From NCBI RefSeq assembly GCF_016127575.1, contig NZ_CP066018.1:3390001-3422000 (forward strand): DNA of 32,000 nucleotides, read 5' to 3'. Both the position numbers and the translations under genes were made by a program. Source of the DNA: Cupriavidus necator. GTDB lineage: Bacteria > Pseudomonadota > Gammaproteobacteria > Burkholderiales > Burkholderiaceae. Positions within the stretch are counted from its first letter, which is position 1; each line of letters starts with the position of its first letter. Shown here in pieces: positions 30,532 through 32,000 of this stretch. Under the pieces are notes generated by a model, which made no database searches, had not been told where the DNA came from, and was given only the letters and a program-made list of their open reading frames with translations.

Positions 30532-32000
30532 TTACATGCGGAACACGCCGAACTTCATGTCCTCGATCGGCGCATTCAGGCTCGCGGACAGTCCCAGGCC
30601 CAGCACGGTGCGGGTCTGCGCGGGATCGATCACGCCGTCGTCCCACAGGCGCGCGCTGGCGTAGTACGGATGGCCCTGGTGCTCGTACTGGTCGCGGATC
30701 GGCTGCTTGAACGCCTCTTCCTCTTGCGCGCTCCACTTGCCGCCCTTGCCCTCGATGCCGTCGCGGCGCACCGTGGCCAGCACGCTGGCGGCCTGCTCGC
30801 CGCCCATCACCGAGATGCGCGCGTTCGGCCACATCCACAGGAAGCGCGGCGAATAGGCGCGCCCGCACATGCCGTAGTTGCCGGCGCCGAACGAGCCGCC
30901 GATGATCACCGTGAATTTGGGTACCTGCGCGGTGGCCACCGCGGTCACCATCTTGGCGCCGTTGCGCGCGATGCCTTCGTTCTCGTACTTGCGCCCGACC
31001 ATGAAGCCAGTGATGTTCTGCAGGAACACCAGCGGGATCTTGCGCTGGCAGCACAGCTCGATGAAGTGCGCGCCCTTCAGTGCGGATTCGGAGAACAGGA
31101 TGCCGTTGTTGGCGACGATGCCGACGGGGTAGCCCCAGATGCGCGCGAAGCCGCACACCAGCGTGGTGCCGTAGCGCGCCTTGAACTCGTCGAACTCGGA
31201 GCCGTCGACCAGGCGCGCGATCACCTCGCGCACGTCGTAGGGCTTGCGCGTGTCGGTCGGGATCACGCCGTACAGTTCTTCCACCGGGTACAGCGGCTCG
31301 ACCGGCTCGTGCAGGCGGATCTGGTCCGGCTTGCGGCGGTTCAGGTGCTGCACGATATTGCGCGCCAGCGACAGCGCGTGGTGGTCGTTCTGCGCGAAGT
31401 AGTCGGCCACGCCCGACAGGCGCGTATGCACGTCGGCGCCGCCCAGGTCTTCGGCGCTGACCTCCTCGCCGGTGGCGGCCTTCACCAGCGGCGGGCCGCC
31501 CAGGAAGATGGTGCCCTGGTTCTTGACGATGATGGACTCGTCGCTCATCGCGGGCACGTAGGCGCCGCCGGCGGTGCACGAGCCCATCACCACCGCGATC
31601 TGCGGGATGCCCTGCTTGGACAGGTTGGCCTGGTTGTAGAAGATGCGGCCGAAGTGGTCGCGGTCGGGGAACACGTCGTCCTGGTTGGGCAGGTTGGCGC
31701 CGCCGGAATCGACCAGGTAGATGCACGGCAGGTTGTTCTCCTCGGCGATCTCCTGTGCGCGCACATGCTTCTTGACCGTCATCGGGTAGTAGGTGCCGCC
31801 CTTGACGGTGGCGTCATTGCAGACGATCACGCACTCCTGCCCGGCCACGCGGCCGATGCCGGTGATGATGCCGGCGCCAGGCGCGGCATCGTCGTACATT
31901 TCGTACGCAGCAAGCTGCGACAGCTCCAGGAACGGGGTGCCCGGATCCAGCAGTTGCTGCACGCGGTCGCGCGGCAGCAGCTTGCCGCGCGACAGGTGCT
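30532..32000 (-). CDS. liuB: 3-Methylcrotonyl-CoA carboxylase beta subunit (carboxyltransferase), 5' end outside the window
   Basis: Carboxyltransferase two-domain pattern ([11 protein letters not shown]..., [11 protein letters not shown]). The frame stays open upstream of the track's Met at 31962 through to position 32000 (..[18 protein letters not shown]), so the true start is beyond the window. Confidence 0.85.
   Translation of the reverse strand, partial: HLSRGKLLPRDRVQQLLDPGTPFLELSQLAAYEMYDDAAPGAGIITGIGRVAGQECVIVCNDATVKGGTYYPMTVKKHVRAQEIAEENNLPCIYLVDSGGANLPNQDDVFPDRDHFGRIFYNQANLSKQGIPQIAVVMGSCTAGGAYVPAMSDESIIVKNQGTIFLGGPPLVKAATGEEVSAEDLGGADVHTRLSGVADYFAQNDHHALSLARNIVQHLNRRKPDQIRLHEPVEPLYPVEELYGVIPTDTRKPYDVREVIARLVDGSEFDEFKARYGTTLVCGFARIWGYPVGIVANNGILFSESALKGAHFIELCCQRKIPLVFLQNITGFMVGRKYENEGIARNGAKMVTAVATAQVPKFTVIIGGSFGAGNYGMCGRAYSPRFLWMWPNARISVMGGEQAASVLATVRRDGIEGKGGKWSAQEEEAFKQPIRDQYEHQGHPYYASARLWDDGVIDPAQTRTVLGLGLSASLNAPIEDMKFGVFRM

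Noticed and set aside
30479-31726. 415-aa minus-strand ORF in an alternative frame of liuB
   Set aside because: It is extremely Arg/Pro/Gly-rich, overlaps a well-supported carboxyltransferase frame and has no motifs.
1-32000. Search for transposases, integrases, IS inverted repeats, tRNA/rRNA genes, CRISPR arrays and toxin-antitoxin pairs
   Set aside because: No ORF in the track or in my own reading shows DDE, tyrosine- or serine-recombinase motifs. I found no tRNA-like or rRNA-like sequence and no spaced repeat array. Small adjacent gene pairs all have other plausible identities.

Overview
High-GC betaproteobacterial chromosomal DNA. A Cupriavidus/Ralstonia-like origin is my inference from composition and the phasin-phaB-phaC arrangement. 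No rRNA, tRNA, CRISPR array, transposase or integrase was recognised. The window has three blocks.

(1) 1-14.9 kb (spot GC counts ~67-72%) is a low-oxygen/dormancy-type stress cluster. It holds a phasin-like gene, phaB and the start of phaC (not in the ORF track because it runs off the left edge). It also holds two SagB-type nitroreductases, a phosphoribosyltransferase, a BON protein, an orphan GroEL, a DLH-type hydrolase, ElaB/DUF883, an internally deleted prs remnant and a DksA/TraR protein. The remaining genes are an APH-like/P-loop kinase fusion, an LRAT-family protein and a P1B-5 ATPase fused to hemerythrin.

(2) ~14.95-28.35 kb (spot counts ~55-63%) is a compositionally distinct mosaic. 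It contains a membrane histidine kinase with two 83%-identical FixL-like PAS domains and no response regulator. It also contains a secreted Met-rich (GPGM)n protein and a BigR-type sulfide module (bigR, two YeeE/YedE half-proteins, blh). A tight same-strand array follows: archaeal-type SAM synthetase, YHS/TRASH-headed Cu(I) P1B-1 ATPase, tiny membrane proteins (including DUF2933), a membrane ICMT-family methyltransferase, a DUF5676-like protein and PPK2. Decayed fragments of a P2 ATPase, an MFS transporter, FtsH and a formate/nitrite transporter are interspersed.

(3) 28.35-32 kb carries liuB and liuD, with liuE (HMG-CoA lyase) cut off after ~40 codons at the junction with block 2.

The strongest non-coding signal is a set of FNR/FixK-type boxes (TTGAT-N4-ATCAA). 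Two are perfect and two are 9/10, all intergenic, and weaker relatives lie in block 1. This suggests one oxygen-responsive regulon spanning both blocks.

The best candidate for an undescribed system is the FNR-boxed SAM-synthetase/Cu-ATPase/ICMT-methyltransferase array. It has no metal-sensing regulator.
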